Part shown: piece after piece, positions 35,428-44,500 of the stretch
Position numbering within the stretch: the first letter of the stretch is position 1
Layout of the letters: every line of letters starts with the position of its first letter
DNA from: a virus
Length of the DNA: 64,000 nucleotides
Virus record (IMG/VR): IMGVR_UViG_3300047160_018755
Location: 96,001-160,000 of that record
Direction: 5' to 3' (one strand)
Notes under the pieces: model-generated
The model's input: the letters and a program-made list of their open reading frames with translations, nothing else
Databases searched by the model: none
What the model was told of the DNA's origin: nothing
Translations under genes and position numbers: made by a program

Positions 35428-35793
35428 CTAGGCCTTGGCTGTGGGCTTTTCCACCATCAAAGAGGCCAGTTGGACGTCGTCATCATCCAGGTCCATGGGC
35501 ATCTCCGAAAGGCGCTCGGAGACCATGTTGGCCACCTCCCTGAAGTTGTCGTCCGTCTGCATCTGGACGGGGAGGTCCTGGGTGATGTACTCGTCGGTCA
35601 ACTCGCAGATCATGGCGTTGGCATCCTCCATACGGCGCAGGATGATCCAACGGGCGGCGAGGGCCACGATGTTCTTGGCGTAGACCTCTTCCGGGATCTC
35701 CTTGTCGATGAGCATCCTCCGCAGCGCGACGTGCGTCTGGTCGAGGATCTCGGGAGTGTCCGGCTTGTCTTCGGGGCGACGTTGGCGGTGCAC
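35428..35793 (-). CDS. Hypothetical protein
   Basis: AATCTA 6 nt before GTG. Confidence 0.6.
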   Translation of the reverse strand: MHRQRRPEDKPDTPEILDQTHVALRRMLIDKEIPEEVYAKNIVALAARWIILRRMEDANAMICELTDEYITQDLPVQMQTDDNFREVANMVSERLSEMPMDLDDDDVQLASLMVEKPTAKA

Positions 35794-35804
35794 CTAAGAT
35801 AGAT

Positions 35805-35984
35805 TCAGTCTGTGGCGCGACCGTTGCGGTACTCGCTCTCCCACTTCTCCTCGGCATCCTCGTCACGCTCGGGCATCTCGGTCCCCAGGAGCTTGTCCAG
35901 CTCCTTCTCGAACTTCTTGCGGGGCTCGCCGCGCTCCATCGCAGCCGCGATCTCTGCGAGGCGCTTCTTGATGTCGGTGCTCAT
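35805..35984 (-). CDS. Small charged protein
   Basis: ATGA overlap with thyX stop. Confidence 0.55.
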   Translation of the reverse strand: MSTDIKKRLAEIAAAMERGEPRKKFEKELDKLLGTEMPERDEDAEEKWESEYRNGRATD

Positions 35985-36850
35985 CGTCCCACCCTCGTGA
36001 ACGTGGGGTCGACCGTCTCGCGGAACTGGATCCAGCCGCGGAGATTGCCCGACCACGAATTCTCCGTCGACAAACCACTCCGCTCACACACCTTGCACTC
36101 GGCGTGGCCGCACGGAGCGCCGAGAGCCTGCGCGACGTGCTCGAAAGGGCTCCAATGGCCCGAGGCCATCAGACGGTCTGCAAGCGTCACATCCTCCCGC
36201 ATGTCGCGCTTGCCATCGTGAGTGAGGTATGAGACACGCGCGCAACGACCTGCGGAAACCTTGCAGAAATACGGGTCACCGGGAAGAACTTCTTCATCCT
36301 CCTGGATGAGCGGCAGATGCCACTGGCCCGGTTGCAGAAAGCGCGGAGTGTTTGCGTTGTACTGACGCTGCATCTCTTTTGCAACCCAGCCGATCTCGGG
36401 CTGCGCGTCGGGATGGCACCTGAGCTTGAACCAGTTGGTCCACTCCGTCGCCGTGCAGATGACCGTGATGAACATCCACGGCTCCAAGACCCTGTTCGCG
36501 ATCTGCTTGTGGAAGCCGAGGACACCGAGGAGCCACGCCACAAGAAGCGCGCCCCAGCGAGCGGAAAGCCAGAGGCGCTTGACCAGAGCCAGGCGCCAGC
36601 CAGTCAGCTCCTCGCGAGCCTGCATGCCGCTCTGGTTCTTGCCCCACCACACGGGCATCGCCGGGTCGCGACGGATCTGCTGCATGAGCTTCTTCGTCGG
36701 GATGGCGCGGCTGGAGGCCGAGTTGCGCGAGAAGAGGCGGTGGGTCATCAGCTCCGCGTGGACGAACCGCGGGTACGTCAGCTCCCAGGTGGTGAGCCGG
36801 ACGCCGTTGGTGCTGACAGAGTCAGCGAGGATGCGAACGCGATAGGCCAC
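35981..36850 (-). CDS. thyX: FAD-dependent thymidylate synthase
   Basis: ELMTHRLFSRNSASSRAIP, CARVSY, HWSPFEH. Confidence 0.9.
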   Translation of the reverse strand: MAYRVRILADSVSTNGVRLTTWELTYPRFVHAELMTHRLFSRNSASSRAIPTKKLMQQIRRDPAMPVWWGKNQSGMQAREELTGWRLALVKRLWLSARWGALLVAWLLGVLGFHKQIANRVLEPWMFITVICTATEWTNWFKLRCHPDAQPEIGWVAKEMQRQYNANTPRFLQPGQWHLPLIQEDEEVLPGDPYFCKVSAGRCARVSYLTHDGKRDMREDVTLADRLMASGHWSPFEHVAQALGAPCGHAECKVCERSGLSTENSWSGNLRGWIQFRETVDPTFTRVGR

Positions 36851-37129
36851 TTACCACTTCCTCTGCTTGAAGGAGATGGACGCGCCGCAACCGCCGCACA
36901 TCATCTCGGCGGTGATGTCGGTCGGCGTGCGCTCGTACCCGATCGGATGCGGGCTGTGGATCGAGTAGACCGGACGCGACTCGCGCTCCGAGTGCCAACC
37001 CATGAGCGTCCAGTTGTGCGCGCCGCCGCGAGTGCACATCTTGAGGTCGTCCACGACCCCCTTCGTCAGCTTCGCGCGGTACGCGTCGTCGTCCTGCTTC
37101 TTCAGCTCTTGTTCAATCGTGGATTTCAC
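36851..37129 (-). CDS. Hypothetical zinc-ribbon protein
   Basis: C..H...CGGCG. Confidence 0.55.
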   Translation of the reverse strand: MKSTIEQELKKQDDDAYRAKLTKGVVDDLKMCTRGGAHNWTLMGWHSERESRPVYSIHSPHPIGYERTPTDITAEMMCGGCGASISFKQRKW

Positions 37130-37259
37130 GGTTCAGCATCACTTTCCCGATCAGGTCGATGGCCTGGCAGACGTCGCAGTCAGGCCAGAAGTGGTATCCG
37201 GTGTACTCGTGGCAGCGAGGGCACTCGCGGCCGTTCCAGAACCAGCGCAGGAACTTCAC
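37113..37259 (-). CDS. Small zinc-binding protein, 48 aa
   Basis: CPRC...CDVC; GTGA coupling. Confidence 0.55.
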   Translation of the reverse strand: MKFLRWFWNGRECPRCHEYTGYHFWPDCDVCQAIDLIGKVMLNREIHD

Positions 37260-37552
37260 GACGGCTCCTTTTCGATCTTGGTGGCCGCGATCTTCAGTCC
37301 CAGCTGCTTTTCCAGCTCCTGCACGGCCACGCCCACCGCGGCGGCCTGGTAGTGCACCGTCACCAGCTCCATGAGCTGCGCGTAGGTGGTGTCCGAGATC
37401 ACCGCGACCTGCGTCGCGGCTGTCGTGAGCGCAGCGAGCGCCAGAAGAGGGCACAGAGGATGTTCCTGGAAGACCGCCAAGGCCTCCACGCCAAGCTTCG
37501 TGGCCAGCTCCTTGACCTTCTCCGCGTCCTCGGGCGTGAAGAGGCTCGACAT
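37256..37552 (-). CDS. Hypothetical protein
   Basis: Coupled to neighbours. Confidence 0.55.
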   Translation of the reverse strand: MSSLFTPEDAEKVKELATKLGVEALAVFQEHPLCPLLALAALTTAATQVAVISDTTYAQLMELVTVHYQAAAVGVAVQELEKQLGLKIAATKIEKEPS

Positions 37553-37989
37553 CAGCCGAGGCCTCGAAAAAGACGATAGGCGCCCGGATCTCCACCTTGG
37601 AGTGGCGCCAAGAAGACCTGCTTCAGGACCGAGCTGGTGATGTGGCTGCCGACCCGCTCCAGGACGTACCCCGAAGCGCTCCAGCTGACGTACTGGAGGC
37701 CGATCTCCTCGATCAGGGGTAGGAGAGGCGATGTCGTCAAACGCGCGCTGGCGCGCACGAAGGGCCGCCCCTCGGCGACGTCCAGGAGGGCCCAGTCACT
37801 GTCCTGGAAGCAGTCCTTGGGCCCCATGACCTTGCGGACGTCGACGATGTAGCCCAGCAGGTGGTCGATGTTGTTGTCGAGCCACCCCACGGTCCCGTGC
37901 GCGAGCTTGGAGATGTCCGCACCCGCGATGGAGATCGTCTCCTCGGGGTTGTAGTCTCCCTCGACTAGGATGATGCCGTGGACCTGCAC
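37552..37989 (-). CDS. Hypothetical protein
   Basis: Downstream of GATTCGATAG at 37999. Confidence 0.6.
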   Translation of the reverse strand: MQVHGIILVEGDYNPEETISIAGADISKLAHGTVGWLDNNIDHLLGYIVDVRKVMGPKDCFQDSDWALLDVAEGRPFVRASARLTTSPLLPLIEEIGLQYVSWSASGYVLERVGSHITSSVLKQVFLAPLQGGDPGAYRLFRGLG

Positions 37990-38021
37990 ACCCCATTTCT
38001 ATCGAATCATCGCCCAGATAC

Positions 38022-38058
38022 ACGAAAGGCCCGGATCCTTTCGGAGCCGGGCCTTCGT
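38022..38058 (-). terminator. Terminator hairpin after major capsid gene
   Basis: AGGCCCGG...CCGGGCCT stem with TTCG tail. Confidence 0.7.
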
Positions 38059-38081
38059 GACGCCCTATCGGGCCTCCAGGA

Positions 38082-39479
38082 TTACTGGAGGTTGTCGACG
38101 AGGACGTTCTTGCGGGGCTGCATCACGGCCAGCGTGCAGAAGCGGAAGTGCGCCTCGGGCTGGCTGAGGTCCGTGACGGCGAGCTTGAGGCGGCTGTAGG
38201 GAGCCAGCTCCTTCATCGCCATCGTGTCGCCCTCGATCAGGAAGCCCGTGACGAATCCCGGGATCTTGTTGCCGAGGTCCGTGAAGGTCACGGCCGCGCC
38301 CGCGTTCGCCGCGATGCGACCGATGAACTTCTCCGTGCCCGCCGCGCCGCCCGCGAGAGTGCGGTAGACGTTGAAGTAGCGGGTCGTGGAGACCGGCGTG
38401 AGGGAGATGGTGACCTTGTCACCCGCGTTGGTGATCGTCACCGACTGAGTCGCGCAGGCCACGCCCTCGCCCAGCTCGCTGCACGCCGTCGCCTTGTAGA
38501 TGTAGACGTCGTTCGCGAGGAAGTTCGAGACCGCGTTCGCGTCGGTCGCGCCCGTCGGAGCACCCATCGTCGGGGCCGAGGGAGCGGTCGAGCGCGCCGG
38601 AGCGGGCTTGGCCTTGCCACGGAGGAACATGCTGCCCTCGATCTCGACCGTGCCGCCCGAGACCCACTGCTTGCGGAGGTCGCCGCCCGTCGCGCCCTGC
38701 GGGCTGCCCGCGAGGATGATCTTCTCCTTGCCGAAGACGATCTTGTTGTACGCGCTCAGGACCTTCGGGTCGACGACGAGCTTGTCGGCGTCACCGAAGT
38801 TGAGGGCCGAGCGAACGCTCGCGTCCTCGACGATGTCCTGCGTGAGGGGACCGCCGCCCGCGATCACGACCGTGTCGTCCGAGCCGAACTCGGCGAACAT
38901 GAGGTCGCGCGCCTGGCGCTGGTTGTCCGACTGACGGACCTGGAGATCCAGGCCGTGCATGTTCGGGAGCGGAGCCACCGAGAGCGGGTTGCCGTCGAAG
39001 ACGCCCGCGTTCGAGAAGTCCGCGAGGCCGCGGAACAGGTCGAACTCGATGTCGCCCGCGATCTTCTTCGCCGCGTTGGCCGCCTCGCGCTCCTCCGCCT
39101 TCACGCCGTCGACCGTGGTCACCATGTTGGCGACGATGGTCACGCGACGCGTGTGCGAGTAGAACGCCATCGGGACGGTCACACGGACGTAGTCCGCGTT
39201 CTCTTCCTGGCCGATCGCGCCTTCGAGCTGGGCCGAGCCGCCGAAGATGCCGTAGCTCAGCTGACGATCGAACTGGGCGAGCGTCGACTTGCACGACTCG
39301 ACCTTGACCATCTTCTGGAGCTTGATGTGGGACTCGTCGAAGGTCACGACCTGCATGACGTTGGACAGGTCCTCCGTCTGGAGGGCCGCGCCTTGAACGA
39401 GCGTGCTCGGAGCGGCGTTGTAGTTGCCGGCCTCCAAGGCCTTGGTGAGGGACTGGAGTTCAGCGATCAGATCGGACAT
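38082..39479 (-). CDS. Major capsid protein (SPO1/Twort-like)
   Basis: GAALQTEDL...TF...LQKMV...STLAQFDR pattern matches K/A511-type MCP; downstream of scaffold. Confidence 0.92.
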   Translation of the reverse strand: MSDLIAELQSLTKALEAGNYNAAPSTLVQGAALQTEDLSNVMQVVTFDESHIKLQKMVKVESCKSTLAQFDRQLSYGIFGGSAQLEGAIGQEENADYVRVTVPMAFYSHTRRVTIVANMVTTVDGVKAEEREAANAAKKIAGDIEFDLFRGLADFSNAGVFDGNPLSVAPLPNMHGLDLQVRQSDNQRQARDLMFAEFGSDDTVVIAGGGPLTQDIVEDASVRSALNFGDADKLVVDPKVLSAYNKIVFGKEKIILAGSPQGATGGDLRKQWVSGGTVEIEGSMFLRGKAKPAPARSTAPSAPTMGAPTGATDANAVSNFLANDVYIYKATACSELGEGVACATQSVTITNAGDKVTISLTPVSTTRYFNVYRTLAGGAAGTEKFIGRIAANAGAAVTFTDLGNKIPGFVTGFLIEGDTMAMKELAPYSRLKLAVTDLSQPEAHFRFCTLAVMQPRKNVLVDNLQ

Positions 39480-39521
39480 TTGAGTTTCTCCTGGTTCTTT
39501 CGGAAATCTGGGGTGGAAGGG

Positions 39522-40496
39522 TTACTTGAGCAGGTGGGCGATCTGGTCGACCTTCACCTTGCCGAGGTCGAAATCGACGACGAGCGTCTTCTCCGACTTG
39601 GACAGGGTTCCGGCAACGACCTTCTCACGGAGCTTCGCGCGAACCTGCTCGCGCGACATCTGGGTCACATCGGCGGCGGGGGCCGCGGCGGGGATGTCGG
39701 CGGCGAACTTCACCGACTTGCGGAGGGGAGCCTCCAGGACGTGCTTGACGGCCTTGACGAGCGGGAGGACCGCCTCCTGCACCTTCGCGTTGATCTCGGC
39801 CGTGATCTCGGCCTCGCTCTTGTGGAGCGACTCGCCACCCTTGACCTTCGAGAGGTCGCCGTTGGCCTTGGGATCGTTGCTCATGCCCGACTCCGCCTTC
39901 AGCGCGGGCGCCGGAGCGCTCGCATCCGCGGGGGGAGCCGACGCCGCCGGGGGCGGCGCGCCAGCAGAGGCATCCGGGCCCGCCGGAGGCGGGGCGCCAG
40001 CGCCAGCGTCCGCACCAGCACCCGCGAGGGTCTGCATGAGGACCTGCTTGAGGCACATGTAGTGCAGCTTCTGGTCTTCCGGCGAGAGCTTCGAGTACTC
40101 CGCCATCAGAGCCTGCGGGTCGATCGGACCCTGGTCGGCCGCGGGGTCACCGCTGCCGTCCGGAGACGCCGAAGCGTCCGGAGACGCCGAGCCAGCGTCC
40201 GCCGGGGGCGGAGCCGAACCGTCGTCACCCGCGGGCGACGCCGAAGCGTCGGCCGGAGGGCCGTCCGAACCCGTGGCGTCGGGCGAAGCCGAGGCCGCAT
40301 CCGGAGACGCCGAGGCCGCGGAGGTGTTGTCCCCCGTGGGATCGGTGTCCGACGCGTCCGACTTGTCGTCCGCCGGGGTGTCCTCGCCGGGGCGAGCCTT
40401 GGCGAGTTCCGACTTCGCGAGATTGCCCAGCTCCTTCTCGACCTCCGCGAGGATGGCCGAGAGCTGGCTCTCGTCGATCTGTGCAGTGTTGGACAT
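39522..40496 (-). CDS. Capsid scaffold protein
   Basis: Acidic ASPDA-repeat low-complexity protein just upstream of MCP; six LxK[S/A] motifs. Confidence 0.7.
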   Translation of the reverse strand: MSNTAQIDESQLSAILAEVEKELGNLAKSELAKARPGEDTPADDKSDASDTDPTGDNTSAASASPDAASASPDATGSDGPPADASASPAGDDGSAPPPADAGSASPDASASPDGSGDPAADQGPIDPQALMAEYSKLSPEDQKLHYMCLKQVLMQTLAGAGADAGAGAPPPAGPDASAGAPPPAASAPPADASAPAPALKAESGMSNDPKANGDLSKVKGGESLHKSEAEITAEINAKVQEAVLPLVKAVKHVLEAPLRKSVKFAADIPAAAPAADVTQMSREQVRAKLREKVVAGTLSKSEKTLVVDFDLGKVKVDQIAHLLK

Positions 40497-40532
40497 GATG
40501 TGTTCCTTCCCGTGCTTGGGTGTCGAGGCGAC

Positions 40533-41012
40533 TTACTGCGACGACAGGAGCGGGAAGTAGAGGTCGGGCTCGAAGGACGCGATCAGCTTGGTGCCGGTGT
40601 TGAACGTGGTGATGGTGGGGACGGTGCCGTTCGTCTCCTCCCAGTACTCGACGCGCGTGCCGCGCTTCGAGCAGGTCGAGGAGAGGGCGAGCCAGTGAGC
40701 CTTGCTCACGTAGGCCGCGATGCAGGACGCGTTGCCGCCCGTGCCGGCCTCGACCGCGATCTGGATCACGCTCGGGGTGTAGACGGGCTGCGTGTTGTTC
40801 ACGATGTCCTTCTGGAGGTTCCAGTCGCGGGGACGGACGCAGATGAAGACGTTGTCCTCGGTCGTGGCGGCGCTGCCGTCGTTGAGCGAGATCGTCGCGA
40901 AGCCGTTCGCGTCGAAGCCGTCGACGATCGAGGCGTAGCTCGAAACGCGCTGGCGAAGCTCGTCCGAGAGTTCGAGAGCGAGCTTCTGAGACTTGGTGCT
41001 GGTCGATGCCAT
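40533..41012 (-). CDS. Probable virion protein
   Basis: Strong RBS; between protease and scaffold genes. Confidence 0.6.
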   Translation of the reverse strand: MASTSTKSQKLALELSDELRQRVSSYASIVDGFDANGFATISLNDGSAATTEDNVFICVRPRDWNLQKDIVNNTQPVYTPSVIQIAVEAGTGGNASCIAAYVSKAHWLALSSTCSKRGTRVEYWEETNGTVPTITTFNTGTKLIASFEPDLYFPLLSSQ

Positions 41013-41127
41013 TGAAATTTTCTCCTGTGGGATCTTGGTGCGGGACCGATCCCGCCGTCTTCCATGAGATTGCCGCGCACCCGTAACAAAAATCGTGAAA
41101 GAGCCCTAATCTTCCAGGGGTTAGCCC

Positions 41128-41514
41128 ATGCCTAACCTGTACGTCTGCTCGGGTTGCAAAAACCCTAAGCCTCGCGGGGAGTTCCACGAGGCTCATTACA
41201 CGGACCGCAAGCGCGTCGTGACCTCCCGTTGCCGCGAGTGCCGATCCGAGGACTACTTCACCGACCGTTACGAAACGGTGTGCGGGCAGTGCCGGCGCCA
41301 TCGACCGCTGAACCAGAACCGCGTGTGCAAGAAGTGCAACGAGGACTCCGGCCTGCGCGAGTGCCGCGGGGCGTGCGGATCGCTCCTACCGGCGCTGCTG
41401 TCGTTCGACGGCAAGCGCACGACGTGCAAGTCGTGCCGGAAGCTTAGGCAGCTGCCTTCGGCGTCTTCGGCGGCTTCGGCAGCGCAGTCGCGACGGTCGG
41501 CGATGCCGGCGTAA
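41128..41514 (+). CDS. Multi-zinc-finger protein convergent on the protease gene
   Basis: Six Cys pairs (CxxC/CxxxC); AATCTT upstream. Confidence 0.6.
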   Translation: MPNLYVCSGCKNPKPRGEFHEAHYTDRKRVVTSRCRECRSEDYFTDRYETVCGQCRRHRPLNQNRVCKKCNEDSGLRECRGACGSLLPALLSFDGKRTTCKSCRKLRQLPSASSAASAAQSRRSAMPA

Positions 41515-44500
41515 CGGTCTGGTGGACCGCGTGCTGGCCAGCATCGTGGATCGGCAGCGGACCTTCATGACCCGGCATCAGTGAGTGGGCGAGGTTCGGC
41601 ACCTGGCCGACCTTGTACTGGCGCTTGTCGCCCATGATGCCGAGCTTCTTGCCCATCTGGCGCATCGCTGAGGGCTGCGCGACCTTCTGCTCCTTCGCCT
41701 TGTAGAGCGCGAGGTCGGCGGACGCGGGGTCCGGGCCGAAGCCGAAGGACATGCTCATCTTGTGCTGGCCGCCGAGAGGGGCGAGCGAGTTGAGCTTGTC
41801 GCTCAGCGCACGGTGGAACTGCGCCGCGTGCTCGTGGCTCGGGACGTGCGCGATGAATTCGTCGCCGCCGTTGCGCCAGAGCTTGCCGTTCTCCTTGCCC
41901 ACGGTCTCGTCCATCGCCTCACGAGCGGCGTTGCCGAAGGCCTTGATGGCGGAGTCGCCGCCCGCGTGGCCGAACTTCTCGTTGATCGCGCGGAAGTCGT
42001 TGCCGTCCATCTGAATGTACGCGCCGGTCTTGCCGCCCGGGTTCTGCTTCAGGTGGTCGGTGAACGCGAGCTTGTTGCCGAGCCCCGGAACCATGGGGTC
42101 CGAGAAGAAGTGCTTCGTGGCGATGTCGCCCGAGCCCTTCGGCATGGCGCCACGAGCTTCCGCATCGCGGATGTGGCGCACCAGCTCGTGCGGCTCCATC
42201 TCCGCCGGATCCGCCTTCATGAGCGACTCGAACGCGGCCTCCGCCTTCATGACGGAGTCGAACTGGCTCTTCTGCTTCGCCTTGTACGAGATCTTGGCGG
42301 CACCGGACTTGTGGTTTTCGAGGATCTTCTGCACCTCGGGCTGCGACAGCTTCTCGCCATCGAGCAGGTAGTGCCCGTCCTTCACTTCGAGGGTGTGCGG
42401 CTTGTCGTGGCCGGCACGCTTGTACTCGAAGACCGACGGCGGACGCGGGAGACGTGCGTTGTTCTGCATCTTCTCCGGGTGCGCGTGCTCGCGGAACTTG
42501 TCGTTCTGACCGTCCATCGTCTCGACCTCGACACGGACGTGTGGAGACATCTTGAGTCCGTGCAGCTTCGTCAGGCCCTGGATGGTGAGCGGTCCCTCAG
42601 GCAGAGTCGCCCCGATGAGGCCGTGGTAGTCTTCGAGGTGGTGAACCTGGCCCTGGTGCAGGACGAAGCGGCCCGCGAGGTGCTCGGTGTTGCCGTGGTC
42701 CTTGTCCTTGAAGAACACGGAGTGCACAGTCGGCACGTTCGGGTCCGAAATCTTGGCGACCTGCATGTCGTGGACGTTCTTGCGCAGCTGGATGCCGAGG
42801 TTCTCGATCTGCATCGACTTCGCGAAGTCCGACAGGTCGTCGTGCTTCTCGCGGTACTCGGCCATCTCGTAGAGGTGTGGGACGATGTGCTGGTAGTACA
42901 TCATCATCGCCGGGATCTCGCCGAACTCCTGCTGGTACGCGAGGAAGAGCGCGACGAGCTTGCCCATCATGTGCTCGTCCGGCTCCTTGTCGGAGAACGC
43001 GTTCTTCTTGAGCTGGGGCGCCTCGCTGCCGAACACGCGCTCCATCTGCTTCCACATGGCCGAGTGCGTGCTCAGCTCGTTCTGCGAGGCGGTCGTGTCG
43101 ATGCCGCGGGCCTTCTCGTCACGGGGGATGGTCGCCCAGTGCAACCAGAAGCCCGGACCAACAGCGTCCTCGTTGTCCTTGAAGTGCTTGCCCGCCACCG
43201 GGTCCTGCGCGATCGAGCGCGGCGCCGGGTGGTTCTTGGCGTACCAGCGATCCATCGCCTCCAGGATGTGGTGGTTGCCGGCGCGCCACAGGCCTGTCTT
43301 CAGGTACTGGAGCGTGCGACCGTCGGTCGCGTTGTCCATCCCGAACATGTGGCGGATGTAGTGCGTGTCGTGCACGGCGGCGTTCGAGCCACCGGTCAAC
43401 AGAAAGGCGTATCGTCCCGTCTTCGGGGCCAGCCCGGGGACAGGAGTGCCCTCGTACTTCGGGAACTTCTCGTGCAGAGCACGGTTCACGAAGGGAGAGA
43501 GCTTGTCTTGGAGGCCGGCGTCCGTCGCCTCCTGCTTGAACTTCGCGCGGTACCAGCGCTTGCCCGTCAGGCGCGAGGCGGAGTACTTCGCGATGCTGGG
43601 GTGCTCTTTGTACTCGTCCGGGTTGAAGTCGGTGTCGTCGTTGCCCGTGAGCATGCGCGGATCGAAGGGAAGCGGCGCATCGTCATCGTCGTCAGCGCCC
43701 GGCTCACGCTCGGCCGGAGCCTGACCCTTCTTCGTGAACTTGCCAGCAGCGTTCGCCTCGTTCATCTTCTGGTCGACGTAGTTCTTGTGGTCGTCGGTCA
43801 GACCCGCGGCAGCCGCCTGCGCCTTCAGCTTCTTGCGGAAGGCGTTGCGCTGGTTCTTCCACTGGATCTCCTTCACCTTGTGCTGCATCAGCTCCGCAGT
43901 GGCGGCGCGTGCATCGGTGCCGTGCTTCTGGATCAGCTCCATCATCGTCGGGTGGAGCTTGTGGTACTGGGCGATGTTGTCGAACTTGTTGTTCGCCAGC
44001 ATGAAGGACTTCACGTCACCGACCTTGCGGCGACCGCCTTTCTCGCTGTCGCTGCTCAGGAAGTTGCCCTTGTCGTTGGCATACTCCTCGGTGTCGTTCT
44101 TCGGGAGGTTGTTCGCCTTGTCGCGAGCCTTCCAGTCCTTGCGGAGCTTGCGAAACTCAGGGTCCGCCGGGTCGAGGCCATGCTCCTGCCAGCTGTCGTA
44201 GAGGTGGCCCTCCATCAGCTGCTGGACGGAGACCGGCGTGTTCGGCGACATGGCCGACATGAGGTACGCGATCTTGACGATGTCCGGCGGAAGCGTCTTC
44301 GCTTCGAGATTTTGCTTGTTGCGGACGAATCCAGGCAGAACCTTGCTGCGGATGAACTCCTTGATCTCGGGAGTCTCCAACATCTTCGCGAATTCGGGGT
44401 TCGGACCGTTGTGCGGGATCTGATTCATGTCCGCACCTGGCGCCACGTGCAAAACGCCGTTGTGGTAGAAGGGCGAGAGCTTCGCGAGCGGGTGAGTCTT

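Noticed and set aside
39522-40496. ASPDA and PPA repeats as a DNA repeat element
   Set aside because: Explained as low-complexity coding sequence of the scaffold protein
41940-42020. GGDEF as a Hypr-type 3',3'-cGAMP synthase
   Set aside because: The PleD D344-equivalent position is Asp (GHAGGD), not the Ser typical of Hypr enzymes, so c-di-GMP is the default prediction; still worth testing with ATP plus GTP
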